Source: Lama guanicoe
Taxonomy: Eukaryota
Assembly (NCBI GenBank): GCA_013239625.1
Contig: MU053881.1
Location: forward strand, 9,509,957-9,573,956
Length of the DNA stretch: 64,000 nt
Reading direction: 5' to 3'
Shown: positions 38,926 to 51,355 of the stretch, in pieces
How the letters are laid out: the number at the start of each line of letters is the position of its first letter
Numbering within the stretch: position 1 is the stretch's first letter
Program-made: the position numbers and the translations under genes
The notes under the pieces: generated by a model
Told to the model about the DNA's origin: nothing
What the model saw: only the letters and a program-made list of their open reading frames with translations
The model's database searches: none

Positions 38926-40645
38926 AGATGATTAACCAGTGAAAAGGAAATGAAGTGCAAATAAAAAATACATTTTTACATGTCAGTTATTTCAGTCAAA
39001 GCCATGTCACAAATCTTCAAAGTCAAAAAAAAAAATTGATCTTGGTGTTCACAAAATGGCTTGATTTGTGCTGCAACAGGAAAAAAAAAACACACACACA
39101 AAATGAGAGTAATGATAGTGTCCCATTTTCTGCTGAATTTTTCTCTCCCTTCCGATTGTACATCATAAGTGACTAATTAAACTGTTATTTCATTACAGAG
39201 TTCAGTTAATTTATATGTTGCTTAGCTGCCCCCATATCTTGATATTGTAAGACAAAAGTATCAATTAAATAACCAACAGGAAGGCATTTTTGTTGATAAG
39301 ATTTTGAGGATAGATCTATAAAAATCTTACCTTCCAAACAAACTGGACAATTAATTTTATGATTCTTTAATTTCTAAGCAGTAATTCTACAATATAGTTC
39401 ATGGGATATAATATAAAAAATAATAAGCAACTACAGTCCTTAGTGTTCATATAAATATAAAACTAGTCTTCCTCCTGAAATTGCCTTTTTTTTCCACCCC
39501 AGACATCAGAAGGAAACATACAAGTCTAAAAATCTTTACTGACTGTAAAAGACTCTTCACCTGTGGAAATTTTCCAGATTCTTTCATCATCTCCTAGCAT
39601 CTTTGGTCATTTGAGTATAAATTCTTTGCATACCATCGTGACATAATAATATGTAGCAATTGGGACGTTTCATATTTAAGTACTCCATGAAAAATGTACA
39701 TCATTACCTGGTGAGCAGGGAAGCTGCTCACTCTAAATGACAGGCTTATTGATAAACAAACCACTCTCATTCCACTTTGATTTACTCTATCTTGGAACCA
39801 TGTGGTACCCTTTTGTTTTCAAGTAGGGAGAGGCCTTTTGAAACCTAAATAGTGGAGAACAAGAGCAGGATGGAAGCCTTTCTTTGCATACAGTAAATGG
39901 AACCACCGAGGTGACTATATAAGATATTTTTACCTCTGTAACAGATTGCCAAAATTATCACAGCACCAGCGATATGCAAATCTACAAACTTGCTTTATTA
40001 ACTCAGAATGTTGGGCTATTATGAATCACACTTGCATGAAAACAAATGGCAATGCTTAGTTCCTTAATAAAAAAATGTGAGTTTTCCAAAGTTGGAAATA
40101 CCACAGTATTCACATAGAAACAACAGGTCACCACATTTTACCATTCTTTCACTTTCCCTTACGTTTGAAACCCCCTTAAAATACAACCAACATGCAACTG
40201 AGATATGTCAGAGACACCAACAGGTGCTCTGCTTAGCCATTTGGACTCAAAACTCTCCTAGTCCAGGAATTTTTTTTTAATTGTCATTTTATTCTGGGTA
40301 AGGGCTTGATGAGGCCAGGTGTACAACCAGGTTAGCTGTTTTTGCTCTCTTTGGGTTTCTCAGCAGGTGAGAGCAACCTGGCTGGAACCACTCATTTGCA
40401 TGCCAGGACCCATAATGCCCTTCTAGCCGTCCACCACTTCCCAGCCGTGTGGGGACCCAACCTCTGGCAAGGCAGTGAGAGGTACGCAAGGGGTGGTAAC
40501 TGAAGAGCTGGTCTGTGACTTGAGATTCAAAAAGAGCTTGATGTTAGGAGGAGCAGTAGCGAATGAAAACCAAGAAAATGTTCACAGCTTTCATAGAATG
40601 ATTTCATGGGCTAACTTCCATTACAGAATAACCACTGCAAACATC

Positions 40646-40710
40646 GATAGGTAGGTAGGTAGGTAGGCAGGCAGATAGATAAATAGATAGACAGACAGAT
40701 AGATAGATAG
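40646..40710. repeat. Compound (TAGG)/(CAGG)/(TAGA)/(CAGA) microsatellite
   Basis: Direct reading. Confidence 0.9.
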
Positions 40711-41329
40711 GAGTTTGCGTCTTTTCTTTTTTTCCATTCTTTGCAGTTAAGGTGACAACACTACAATATTTGGAAATTCCATATGCAATTCAGTATTTGC
40801 AAAGGCCTGAAGGAGGTGAGTGAAACAGCCTTTGCCATATGTCATTTCTATAATGGCCATTAAAGAACCAAGCCCAAGGCTTACCTGGAGTATAGGAACA
40901 ATATTTGTGCATGCCACCAAAGAAGCATAAAGCAGGGGCCATCAATAAATCATTTTATTTGAGAAACCTCAGGTATGTCCAAAACACATGCATATTTTCC
41001 TCTGCTGGCACCTCCTTCAGAAATTTATAAATAGATTGTCAGCAAAGTAATAAAGGTACTTGTTATTTGTATTCCTTAGCAACTAGACAAAACCCACTTG
41101 TCTCGTCACTTCATTTGCCCACTAACAAGACATCTGAAAAATCATAAAACTAAAGTGCTTTGCTATGGCTATACCCAGACAACTCAAGAGTGACAACAGA
41201 AGAAGCAGTTAGTAAAATATGGGACCTAGGGAATCATTTAGAAGACAGGTGAGGGCCTGAGACATCCAGGGCTGCTCAGACAATCCTTTTCTACGCATGC
41301 CCCATAACCACACACATGCAGCAGGAGTG

Positions 41330-41365
41330 TGGAGGAGTGAATGTACTGGAGGAGTGAATGTACTG
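41330..41365. repeat. Perfect 17-bp tandem duplication TGGAGGAGTGAATGTAC
   Basis: Copies at 41330-41346 and 41347-41363. Confidence 0.95.
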
Positions 41366-42159
41366 AAATGCAAATAGATGACAGAGACAGAGTGACGGGG
41401 ATGCATTTGACTTGGCTTGATTTGATTTCATTTTTGGGAAATCGCTTTTAAATGTCAGTACTTAATTGGGGAATTCCCATAGCACAGAAACTATCCTGGC
41501 ATTGTGGAATCAGTGAAACCCAATGTTGCACCTGTGGTCCTGGCCACAGACTTACAGCATCACTTCTCAGACCCTATTCTTTACATTGAGCACCAGATAC
41601 GTCCCCTTCAAAAAAGGGTTCAGGGCATGTGTGAAAACTGCTACCTCCCCGTCTTGAATTATCTCAGGGCACATCAGCACATTAAAGGTTCTGAGAGTTC
41701 TGCTTTCTCAGTATTATTGGGCCATGACAATGGGACTGGGTTGGAAAGTGGATCCTTAGTCATGTCTTTTGGATATAGCATCCCATAAAACATAGTTTGA
41801 AAATTTGTGCTCTGTAAAGCATCATTTTATATTTTCAAAAGTCACAACACGGCAGGTCCCTGAAGAAGTGAACTTTTTTTGGTTTCATCACTTACACTGA
41901 TCCTCTTGACAGACCAAAATACATGCATCGTTTAGTGAATTCTTAACGTTGGCTCCACAGAATAGACCCCATTATGCAACCAATTATGTCTTTACCAGCT
42001 CATCAGCAATATCAATGAAGAATATGACAAAAGCTTTACTATCAAGGTGGTTATGATATAATTAGGTTCATCCAATAAGAAACCATGAAAGATAACAAGG
42101 CAATATGCGTGACTTTTATGCTTTCATAAGGCAGACAGGGTTGGAATATTTCATAAAAG

Positions 42160-42385
42160 TTGCTTGTATGTATTCGGCACTTTCTACATGGCCAACATTC
42201 TTCTGTTTACTTTACATGTGGTAAATTCATTTGTACCTAAGGGCAAATATGCAAATTAGGCTAATTTTTCCCTGTTTTCCAAATCAGGCAATTCAGAAAC
42301 TGAGAAATTAAGTGACTTGCACAAGGTCACACCATTAGTAAATGACAACAATGGAGAAAGATAATACAGACAGTTTGAGCCAGAT
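42160..42385 (-). mobile_element. MIR
   Basis: 'gagaaattaagtgacttgcacaaggtcacaccattagtaaatgac'. Confidence 0.8.
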
Positions 42386-43413
42386 TACAGATCAATTGCT
42401 AGTGAATAAAAATGCTTCACTCTGACAAACCAATGACAGAATCAGTTGATGTCTTCCACAAAAAAAGTAGAAGATTCTTAAACTACAGATTTTTCCTTAA
42501 GATTAAAACACTTAAAAATTCAAATCTATCATCATGTTCAAACTAGTCTATGCTTTCCTTCAATTTTTAGAAATTGTGTATTTTTCAATTAAAGGAATAT
42601 TGGAATCCTTTGCATCTTGACATATTTCCTTCACCCACCACCCAGATTCATACCAAATTTACATAACTTAACAAGGCAACGGAGAGCTCTCATCAGTTCT
42701 ATAATTACCTGTGTGGATCAGGTACACTACAAAGGTATCAATATTTTCAGCCCATGGAAAATGCTGGCAAGTTTTAAAATACATGTCCCAAACAAAATCT
42801 GTCATTGGTTCCATCCCTTCAGTGAGTGTAATTTTCACATCCAAAACAAAGGCCCTATTCTTCAACACCTAAACACAAGAACAGACCCATTCATCATCTT
42901 TATCATTTAGCTTCAGATCAATTGACTATTGACATTCTCTGTCTGCTCTGGACAATACAAACAGAAATATTCATCTCCAGCAGAAAATCAGCACTCAGTC
43001 TTATTTTGTGCACAAAGAGACCCTGCCCTTGTATTTCACCGAGCTGAAAGCAGCTTTTATTGATTTCATGTTGGACTGAATTTGTTACAGTTTCTACGGC
43101 AGTGGCAGAAACGCTCTTTGGCAACATTATTAACGTAAAGGTGAAAACATAGATTTGAAAACAGGGAGGGTGATTATTAGAAAAGGCTCTGAATTTCTGG
43201 CAAGTCTGATAATTGTGTTAATTGTGACATGGGGTTTTTGTATTGCTTTTTAGATTTTTTACAAATTGGGTAAAAGGATGAAACGTTTATTTAATTATCT
43301 AATAAATATCTAATGACCATTAAGAAGAAAACCCTTCCATCCTCATTCTTAAAGTCAAATTGGATCCAGATTTTGACATGTTTAAAAATATATACTTATA
43401 TCACAGCCAAGTG

Positions 43414-43416
<3 letters not shown>

Positions 43417-43446
<30 letters not shown>
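43417..43446. repeat. (TA)15 microsatellite
   Basis: Direct reading. Confidence 0.95.
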
Positions 43447-43452
<6 letters not shown>

Positions 43453-43522
43453 GTTCATTTATTGTTAACATCTAGAAGATTTAAAATAATTACAACCCCA
43501 GTGTAGTCCAAGTCACTAAACA

Positions 43523-43540
43523 CTGCCAACAGAGGGCAAA
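43523..43540 (+). promoter_or_regulatory. Candidate CTCF core motif CTGCCAACAGAGGGCAAA
   Basis: Close match to CCASYAGRKGGC; binding untested. Confidence 0.45.
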
Positions 43541-44535
43541 CTACTCTGTTAGCTAGGGTGCATTATTTGTAGCAAACAATTCAAAAAAAGAAAAAAACTT
43601 TTCTCCAGATGTGTCTAGACATGTCTAACACATACGCTTACCATGGACTATGTATTTGAGAGGCTGCCCTTCAACTAAACACTATGTAACAGCTAGAAAC
43701 TGGGGACCTATATGAAGATGTCATCTCTGCTTTAAACCCACAAAACTGAACGTTGACTTAATTCCCAATATGAGAGGCAAGACACACTCTCTCCTACCAG
43801 CTTTCATGTCGCTGTGACATCAAGTCTCTCATAAAACAAGTCTCGGGACAAATTCACCAGCAGATCTGAACCCCGTGTGCCTAAAATGACTGTCATAATG
43901 ACATCCGCAGTTCAGTTAGGCTGTCAGCCCAGCCCTTACTTCTTCAGGTTCTAAAAGTGAACGGACTTCAGAATGAAGTGTCTGCCCCATTCCATGTAAA
44001 TTTGCTTTGTGAAGAAACAGAAAAAAAATAAACAGTGCACAGTACAGAAATAAGTAGGAGAAATCAGAGCCTCCTGAAAGCATGTAGAGTGTCTGGCTTT
44101 CCCAATGTGATTATTCCTCTGACAAAAAGTAGCGACTGTTGTGTGCCTCCACCGGTGGTTCCAAATTGAGCCCCACACACTACACTGGCTTAACTGTTAG
44201 GCATCTAAATGGAGTGTGCGAAAGAGCCATAGTATGTGCAATGCCTGGATGGACATGCCGTCTCTCCCTTTTACTTGGAGCTGCTGAATGTAAAGAGAGT
44301 CAACAGGGATTTATTGGCCTCCCATAGAGTGGAAAACCGCACATTACCAAAAGGTTTCAGGTGCATTTTTAAAGAGGAAGAAAAGAGCCTGCTTTTTTTA
44401 GCTGCAAATATTAAAGGTACCAACTAGGGCCACGAAATTGTGAAAATAGTCATTAAGTAGCAGCTTCAGGAGGGCTCCTCCACTTTCCTCCAAATTATCC
44501 TCCGCAGCCATGAATGCTAAATGTTGGCATGCTAT

Positions 44536-45325
44536 TGTGATATATATAATAAGAAATATGTATCTGGTCTTTGTCCTGGGTTCCAGGCACAGAGCTTCAA
44601 AACCCTTGGAATTCCCTGACAGGTGAGAGACGTGTGTGATTTGTTCTTCATAACACATCCCTTTCAATCACACCTGAGTTTATGTTAATTAGGTGCCTTT
44701 TGGAAAAGTCTTAAAAAATGAGTAGGTGGGGTGGCTGGCTGCCCAGGGAACCCACTTTAGGATTGGAGGGTGGGAAATTTCAGCTCCACTCCCAGACCTC
44801 TGGGGAAGGGAAAGAGCCTGAAGATTGAGTTTAATCACCAATGGCCAATGATTTAATCAAACCTGGCTATGTAATGAAATCTCCATAAAAACCCTAAACA
44901 TTGGGGTTTGGAGAGCTTCCATACTGGTGAACACATCGCAGGGCCAGGAGGGTGATACACCTGGACTGGGCATGGGAGATCTGAACCCCTTCCCTCATAC
45001 CTTGTCCTATATACATCTCTTCCATTTGGCTGATCTTGAGTTGTATTGTATACAATGAAACAGCAATCGTAAGCAAACTTTTCCTGAGTTCTGTAACCCG
45101 TGGTGGTTAGGTCAGTCAGCAGTGTAGAAACCCCAGGATGTTCAACGCTCATCTGAATTAGGGGACTGTCTTGTGGGACTGAGCCCTTAACCCTTGGGAT
45201 CTGTGCTCACTCTGGGTGGTTAGAGCCAGAAATGAATTCAACTGTAGGACACCCAGTTGGTGTGCACAGAAAACTGGGTGTGGAAAACCTGCACATTTGG
45301 TGTCAGAAGTGTGTGTAGATAGAAA
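44536..45325 (+). mobile_element. ERVL-class LTR (MER21-like)
   Basis: Starts 'tgtgatatatataataagaaatatgtatctggtctttgtcc'; internal 'aatcaccaatggccaatgatttaatca...ctccataaaaacccta'; ends near 'cacatttggtgtcagaagtg'. Confidence 0.88.
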
Positions 45326-45939
45326 GCAGATGTTAAGGACTGAAGAGCATTACATAGTGAGCTAACATTTATCTATCAGTATGCCTCACTCTACTCAATG
45401 GATAGATACCTTGTTGAAAGAAGGCATGTTCATAAAACATCACCAATGAAAAATAAAATAATGTTTCAGAAATTTCCTTACTTTCCATTTTAACTGATCT
45501 CCACTTGGCAGAGATGCTCAAGATCTCCTTTACTCTTCCCTGTCCTCCCAGTGTGCTCTCTAAGAATAAAAGATTTAACAACACTTAGTCATTCCTGTTG
45601 GAGGAGGAGTTTACCAAATACATTTCAAATCAATTGATTTAGTAAGAAAAGTCAGGAGACTCCAAGGGTATCTGTGTTGTTGTCCTGGTTCAACTGTCTT
45701 GATTTATTCTGAAATGAGTCCCAGAGAAGATGATCACCAGTTCCCTAAGATCGTCGTGATGATCGCAGTAATAATGTATTTAAGTAGCCAAGCCCAGCCC
45801 ACCATTTTCCTGAAAATGAAATTTTAATAATCATACTATGCTGGTTTACATTATGAAACACCACTGTGCTTTCAACTGTTGCCACAAAAGAGCTTTTGCC
45901 ATCACCCAGGCTCCAGGATAAATCCCAAGAGAGGTTTGA

Positions 45940-46168
45940 CAGGAGTTAGCTTGGAATCTAAACTACCTAGGTCAGAATTTCAACTAAACTTTGTCCAAGA
46001 TGTGTGACCCTGGACAAATTATTTAACTTTCATAGGCCTCGGTTTCTTCATCTACAAGAGATATAAACTGTATTTAATTGGGTTGTTGTGGAATTCGATG
46101 AGCTGATCTTGTAAAACAGAATAGCTACTGGCATTGTAATTACTATGTAAGGATTCGCTATTATTATG
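45940..46168 (+). mobile_element. Near full-length MIR
   Basis: 'tgtgtgaccctggacaaattatttaac...gcctcggtttcttcatcta...gggttgttgtg...gctattattat'. Confidence 0.85.
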
Positions 46169-46744
46169 AGAACCTGAAGAAGTCAATTCATAAAAATTTC
46201 CAATTCTAAGACCAGAAAACCCTGTTCTGGCCCTTAAGATGTGTTTTGAAAACAAGATGATAAGCTAATTAAATTTAAATGACCCCAAGCTTAAATATTT
46301 AAGCTTGTTACACAGACAAAATTTTTTTTTCCCTATAATGATGACTTTTTTTCCCCTGAACTCCCAAAAGCAAGCTTGTAACAATTCTAATACAAGCAGA
46401 AATGAAGATTTCACCACTAAGTTCAACAATATAGGAGATCATTAAAATGTGCTGCAATTTTATGGTGATGGCTGCCCAAGGAGAGGGGGAGCAGATAGTC
46501 AGAAAGGAGCAGGCCATGGAGTGGATGGAGGGAAATGGATGGGGTCTTTCATATAGACAAACACGCCTAACACATATAGTAATTTTTAAGTAAATCCTGT
46601 ATTTCCCCCTCCTTTTTCTAACTTATGGTGGCTCTCCAGTGGAGGTAACCTTTTTGTATTAGTCATTGAAGCATCTCCTTTGATGTGTTTACCCTTTCAT
46701 CTTTCTTCCATCCTTTCCCCTCCTTCCCCTCTCCCTTCCTTCCC

Positions 46745-47120
46745 TACAACACTGACAAAAGCCCCCTTTATGTCACGCACTCTGTTAGGCTTTGGGGCTA
46801 TGACAGTGAATAAAACATAATCCTTGTCTTCAAGATCCTCCCAAGTCTAGTGGAAGAGACTGATCCACAGGCAGATCGTCACGGCCAACGCCATGAGTAA
46901 GGAGACAGTTACAGATGACAACAAAAACGTGGAAGGGACACCATGAGGAGGGTGGCAAGGAGAGATAAGGAAGGTTTTTTGAAAGAGGAACTGATGGAGT
47001 TGAGTCTTCAAGAATTAGCAGAAATTAGCTTGTGGGAACAGGAGAAAAGGGACTTGGAGAGCAGGGCAGCTGTGCACGCAGAGGGGAAGCCTGACAAAGG
47101 CAGGGTATTCAGAAGCCTTG
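46745..47120 (-). mobile_element. L2 3' region
   Basis: 'tatgtcacgcactctgttaggc...cagtgaataaaaca...ccttgtcttcaag...agtctagtggaagagac...aaggaaggttttttgaaagagg'. Confidence 0.75.
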
Positions 47121-47324
47121 TGACCTGTGCAAGGGACAGAAAATCAGGTCTATGCTGTTGGACTATACAGGCTCTGTTGCAATAGCTCAAGATTTTAGGC
47201 AACCACATGCACTGTCCTTTAAAATACTCCATATAATATAATTAGAAGCAGCACTTATGCCAAGTGTTTTTGAATGTGTACGTTTTTTCAGAAACATACT
47301 AGGTCATTTTTCTGGCTGCAGAAT

Positions 47325-47470
47325 CTATTAGATAAATAATCAGTAAGCACCTGATGTGTGCCAGGCTGTCCCAAGTACCAGATAGAGGAGTAAACAGGAC
47401 ACACTTTATAAAGCTTGTAATTTAGCAGGGGAGAGGAAAAACAAATATATACAATGCAACAGTGTAAAAT
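47325..47470 (-). mobile_element. L2 3' fragment
   Basis: 'taagcacctgatgtgtgccaggc'. Confidence 0.6.
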
Positions 47471-47612
47471 GAAAATACTCATTTTTGTTTTCAGATAATG
47501 AACTAGTTCTAATTCAAACTATAAAAGGAAATTCATGGACTAGCTTAATAATTTATCAGGAACTAAGTTCCTTCCTACGCTTAGTAATAAGTTTTATCGT
47601 TAAAGAGATTTA

Positions 47613-47675
47613 GTTCATTTGTTCATTCAATTTACATAAATTTATTGAGCCCTTACTATGGTACAGAATACTGAA
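47613..47675 (-). mobile_element. L2 terminal fragment
   Basis: 'ttcatttgttcattca...aaatttattgagcccttactatg'. Confidence 0.65.
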
Positions 47676-48149
47676 TTAACTGACTTGCTTGGACTACATT
47701 CACAAACAAAACGGACAAAAAAACAAAGTCTTTGAATTCCTTTTTTCCCCCCTCTCATTTCTCTGAATATTAGCAACAGCAAACCATTTTGATTCCTTTC
47801 TTATCACAAACATTTCATGAATCTTCCTAAGACTGTACTGAAGTATCAGAAAACTAATTGACTAGAAAGCAAAAAACTGTAGAAGCCTGGCTGTATTCTT
47901 GATCCTTTCTCTTGGCTAAAATCTACAGATGTTTGCATTAAAAAAAAAAAAAGCTTTATTTATGTAAGAAAACAATACATCAAGGTGTCTATGTAAACAC
48001 TGGTAGCCCGATGGCATTTTTAAAGAAATCACATAAACCCACTGTGGGATCCTTAATGGACACGGAAGCCATGAAACCACAATAAGAAACATAATGCCAA
48101 CCACAAGTTATCTAATATTTCAGAGATAACAACATCCTGTAATGTTGTA

Positions 48150-48960
48150 CAATCATTTTAAGGCGGATTGAACGCAGTCCTGCAATTTTCATAGGGGAAA
48201 AAAAAAAGTCTGCCCATTTTTGTGATTTTTCTTTTCTGACACATTAATTGCTCTTGCATACACGGGGAGAACAAAAGCAGCGGCATGCCATATTTATTCA
48301 ATGAAGGGTGAGCCACGGGGGTTGTGGAACATTCTTTCTCCAACACTAGCCAAATTATCTCAGTGCCCAACTTGTAAGAGGCTGCAATAACACTCGATCA
48401 TTTCAGAGCGCTGGTGGGGCGATGCATCATTTTAACAGCACGATGGCAGATTGTGATCATCTTCATGTTATAGGAATCTAGAGATAAGTGGCAGGCATGG
48501 TGAGTCATTTTCATACATCCTCATTCCGCATGGAAACCTTAAAGAGATAGCCCGAAATTGTTCTTCCGGTGTGGAAGGTCTACTAACTCCGGGAGTTAGG
48601 GAGGTGTGTGTAACACCCGGAGGGGTCATTGGGGAAGTGATCGCAGCTTCTGGTGTTCACTTTAGAGTAAGGGGGAGAGTGTGTAATTGCTAAAACTGAT
48701 GCGCAGTGTGTTACAGAGTGAAAATACATCTCAAAACAAGGAAACGAATAATACGGACTGGAAGCACCATCAGGGCAGGGAGAGGACAGTCATATGGACT
48801 GATTTGGACATGCAGCATCTACCTAGCGCTGTACTGGAAACTTATTACTGGTGTTTAATAAAAATGGTTTCGAGGAATGATGCTGGAATGAATGGACGAA
48901 TAATGTCCATTTAATAAATGTTGCACGTGTGCATTTGCGTTAGCAACGCCCATGTGAACT
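48150..48960. promoter_or_regulatory. Putative conserved non-coding / enhancer block
   Basis: Repeat-free with many retained CpGs, homeobox-type ATTAAT, ETS-type CTTCCGG and a perfect palindrome; function inferred. Confidence 0.4.
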
Positions 48961-50659
48961 ATTCCCTGTCAATCCAAGAAGCTGGATATCTGACCACTAA
49001 AATACATTATAAAAAATTAGATTTTTTTTGTCATCATAAAGAATTTGTATGCACTGAACAGCTACCATTTAACCACTTGAATAAAAAAGACATTCAGCAT
49101 GTTTATGCCAATTCAACTGCCATCAACATCCGAACACCCACAAAAAAAAAATCATCATCACAGATAATCAGTTCTTTTGGTAAAGGCACAAAGCAGTTTG
49201 GAAAAACTTAATTGAAAACTGGACACAACTGGATGATGACTGATGATGAATGCGATGGTGATGAATTAATTTATTTCTTAATGAGCAGGCTCAGATCCTT
49301 CATTTCCTCTAAGAGATTAGCATATTTAAATACAATATGTTATGTTTCCCTATAAGATCTAATCTTTTAAGCACTGGGCCTCGCTAAAAGACTATTTTAA
49401 TAAAAGAGAAAGGGATAAAAATAATTCTGTGTACAACCAAAGCTATAGAAGCATAAGTTTTAGGAGAAGGTGTGTCTTTGTAAGTCTGCCCTCTATTTGA
49501 AATCCAAAGGTGACACTTATGACCCGTCAAGCCAAGAAGTCAAAAAATTCAAATTCAAATGACCTACCCCTGAAAATAAGTTCCTCCATTCCTTACAATG
49601 CCACAAATGTACCATCTCACATCCTAAAAATAAGACCCTCTCTTTTATATCAAATCATGACTGTTTCACTTTTCTGTTCATCTCTTCCTGGTGTGGGCCT
49701 CCTTTTTTTTGTTTTATAAACTTTCATTTCTTTTAGGCTTAATTAGTGTCCTTTTTTTTCAGGGTTTTTCTTTTTCTTTTTTGAGGTATCTCAAAAGCAG
49801 AGATAAGGGATTTGATTTAAAATCAGTGTGACACCAGAGTTAGTGAAGGATGTCAGAGAATAAAGGGGTCTCTTCACTGGCCTGGCACTTGAGTCCATTT
49901 TCAGGCTCGAGGCAGTCAAGCTGTACTCGGTTGATAATTTATTTCTCTGTCATCTACGTTGGTAAATAAAGTTTTGAGCTGGATCGTTCCCCTCATTCAA
50001 TTATAAGCACTTTACAGGGAGAGCCCACGTCTTCCACTTCTTTCCACCCCCAATTGTACTTGGTAAATTCTGTCTAGAATGGCTCAGAAGAAAGGTTGCT
50101 CTCAAGCTGTAAAACCCCAAACCTGTATTACACAGAAGCCACAGGAACAAAGGTTATCAACGGATCTCCCAAGTCTGGACAGAAAAGAATATTGAAATAG
50201 AACTTTCCCCACGGATCTCATCAGCTCACTTGGGGCCCCGAGACATCACCTGGGGCAATGTGAATTAACTCTTAGTTAATGGAATTTTTGACCAACCAGA
50301 ACTTCCGCTGCCTTCCCATTCAAGATAGCAAAGCTTTTATTGTAATTGTGGCATTCGTAACAAGACAAGTTATCCCATATTGTCAGCTCCATAAATAATT
50401 GGGTCCCAGAAGGACTGGCAGAGAGCTTTGGTGATACATAGCTACCAAGTACACTGACAAATTGTGATCAGGCTGCCTTTGTTCGGAAAGCAGCCCGTCT
50501 CAATATAAACTCAGAATGGCAGGGGAATTGTGCAGCATAAAGCAGTCCGATAAATGAGGCTCCCATCTGTCACAGGGAGTTCCACCCCAGAACAGAGGTC
50601 ACTGGATAATAATAATAATACTGAGAGCAATAATGTGAATAATGACATCATCATCATAA

Positions 50660-50870
50660 TAGGTGAACACGCCATAAAGAGTACAAGGGGTGCCCATTGT
50701 CAGCTCGGCCGCGCTGACGCGGAACTTTGACTGTCTTCCCGGAAGATGGGCAAATCAAATTCAAATGCCTATTGTTCTCCACGGGGGCAGCATCAGTCAG
50801 ACGGTTTTCAGTCCCAGGGGCGTCCTGTGACACAAGGCAGCTGGGTGACAGGAAGAATCTGTCAAAAACC
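50660..50870. promoter_or_regulatory. CpG micro-island with consensus STAT/GAS site TTCCCGGAA (50736-50744)
   Basis: Direct motif reading; TGACG half-CRE at 50715; several TGACA/TGTCA motifs. Confidence 0.45.
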
Positions 50871-51005
50871 ACCAGTGCACATGACCCAATGTGAGAAGAT
50901 GTAGGGAGAAAATGCCCTGGTTCTTAGTGACACAAATAAAATGAGAATGTCTTAAATCTCCTACGTGCATTAATACTTCTCTAACTGTGAAGTCCACTGA
51001 CAGAG

Positions 51006-51057
51006 AAACAAAAACAAAAACAAAAACAAAAACAAAAACAAAAACAAAAACAGAAAC
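51006..51057. repeat. (AAAAAC)7 microsatellite
   Basis: Direct reading. Confidence 0.95.
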
Positions 51058-51164
51058 AACCTAGCCAGCCATTTCTGTTGACCAGTAATTTGGCCTGATC
51101 AGACTGTGAAGTGCTCCAAATGCTCCATTCTTTCTACATTTACTTCTTGAAGGTCAGGTGGGGA

Positions 51165-51350
51165 TTACATTTGTGGAACACCTACTATGTAAAGCCTGTT
51201 GCTCTTCAGACATTACCTGTGGAGTTGGCAGGATCATTCCCATTTTATGGGTTAAAAAAAAAATAGAGGGTTAATAACTTGCCCAAAGATGAATGGGTAG
51301 CAGCTGGCAAAGCTAGAATTCACATCGAGATCCAGCCCCCTCCCAAGCTC
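51165..51350 (-). mobile_element. MIR
   Basis: 'acatttgtggaacacctactatgt...cattcccatttta...ggttaataacttgcccaaag'. Confidence 0.8.
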
Positions 51351-51355
51351 ATCCT

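Noticed and set aside
44531..44537. Same flank GCTAT|TG before two different LTRs (6849 and 44531)
   Set aside because: Unrelated LTR families and only 5 bp; coincidence is sufficient
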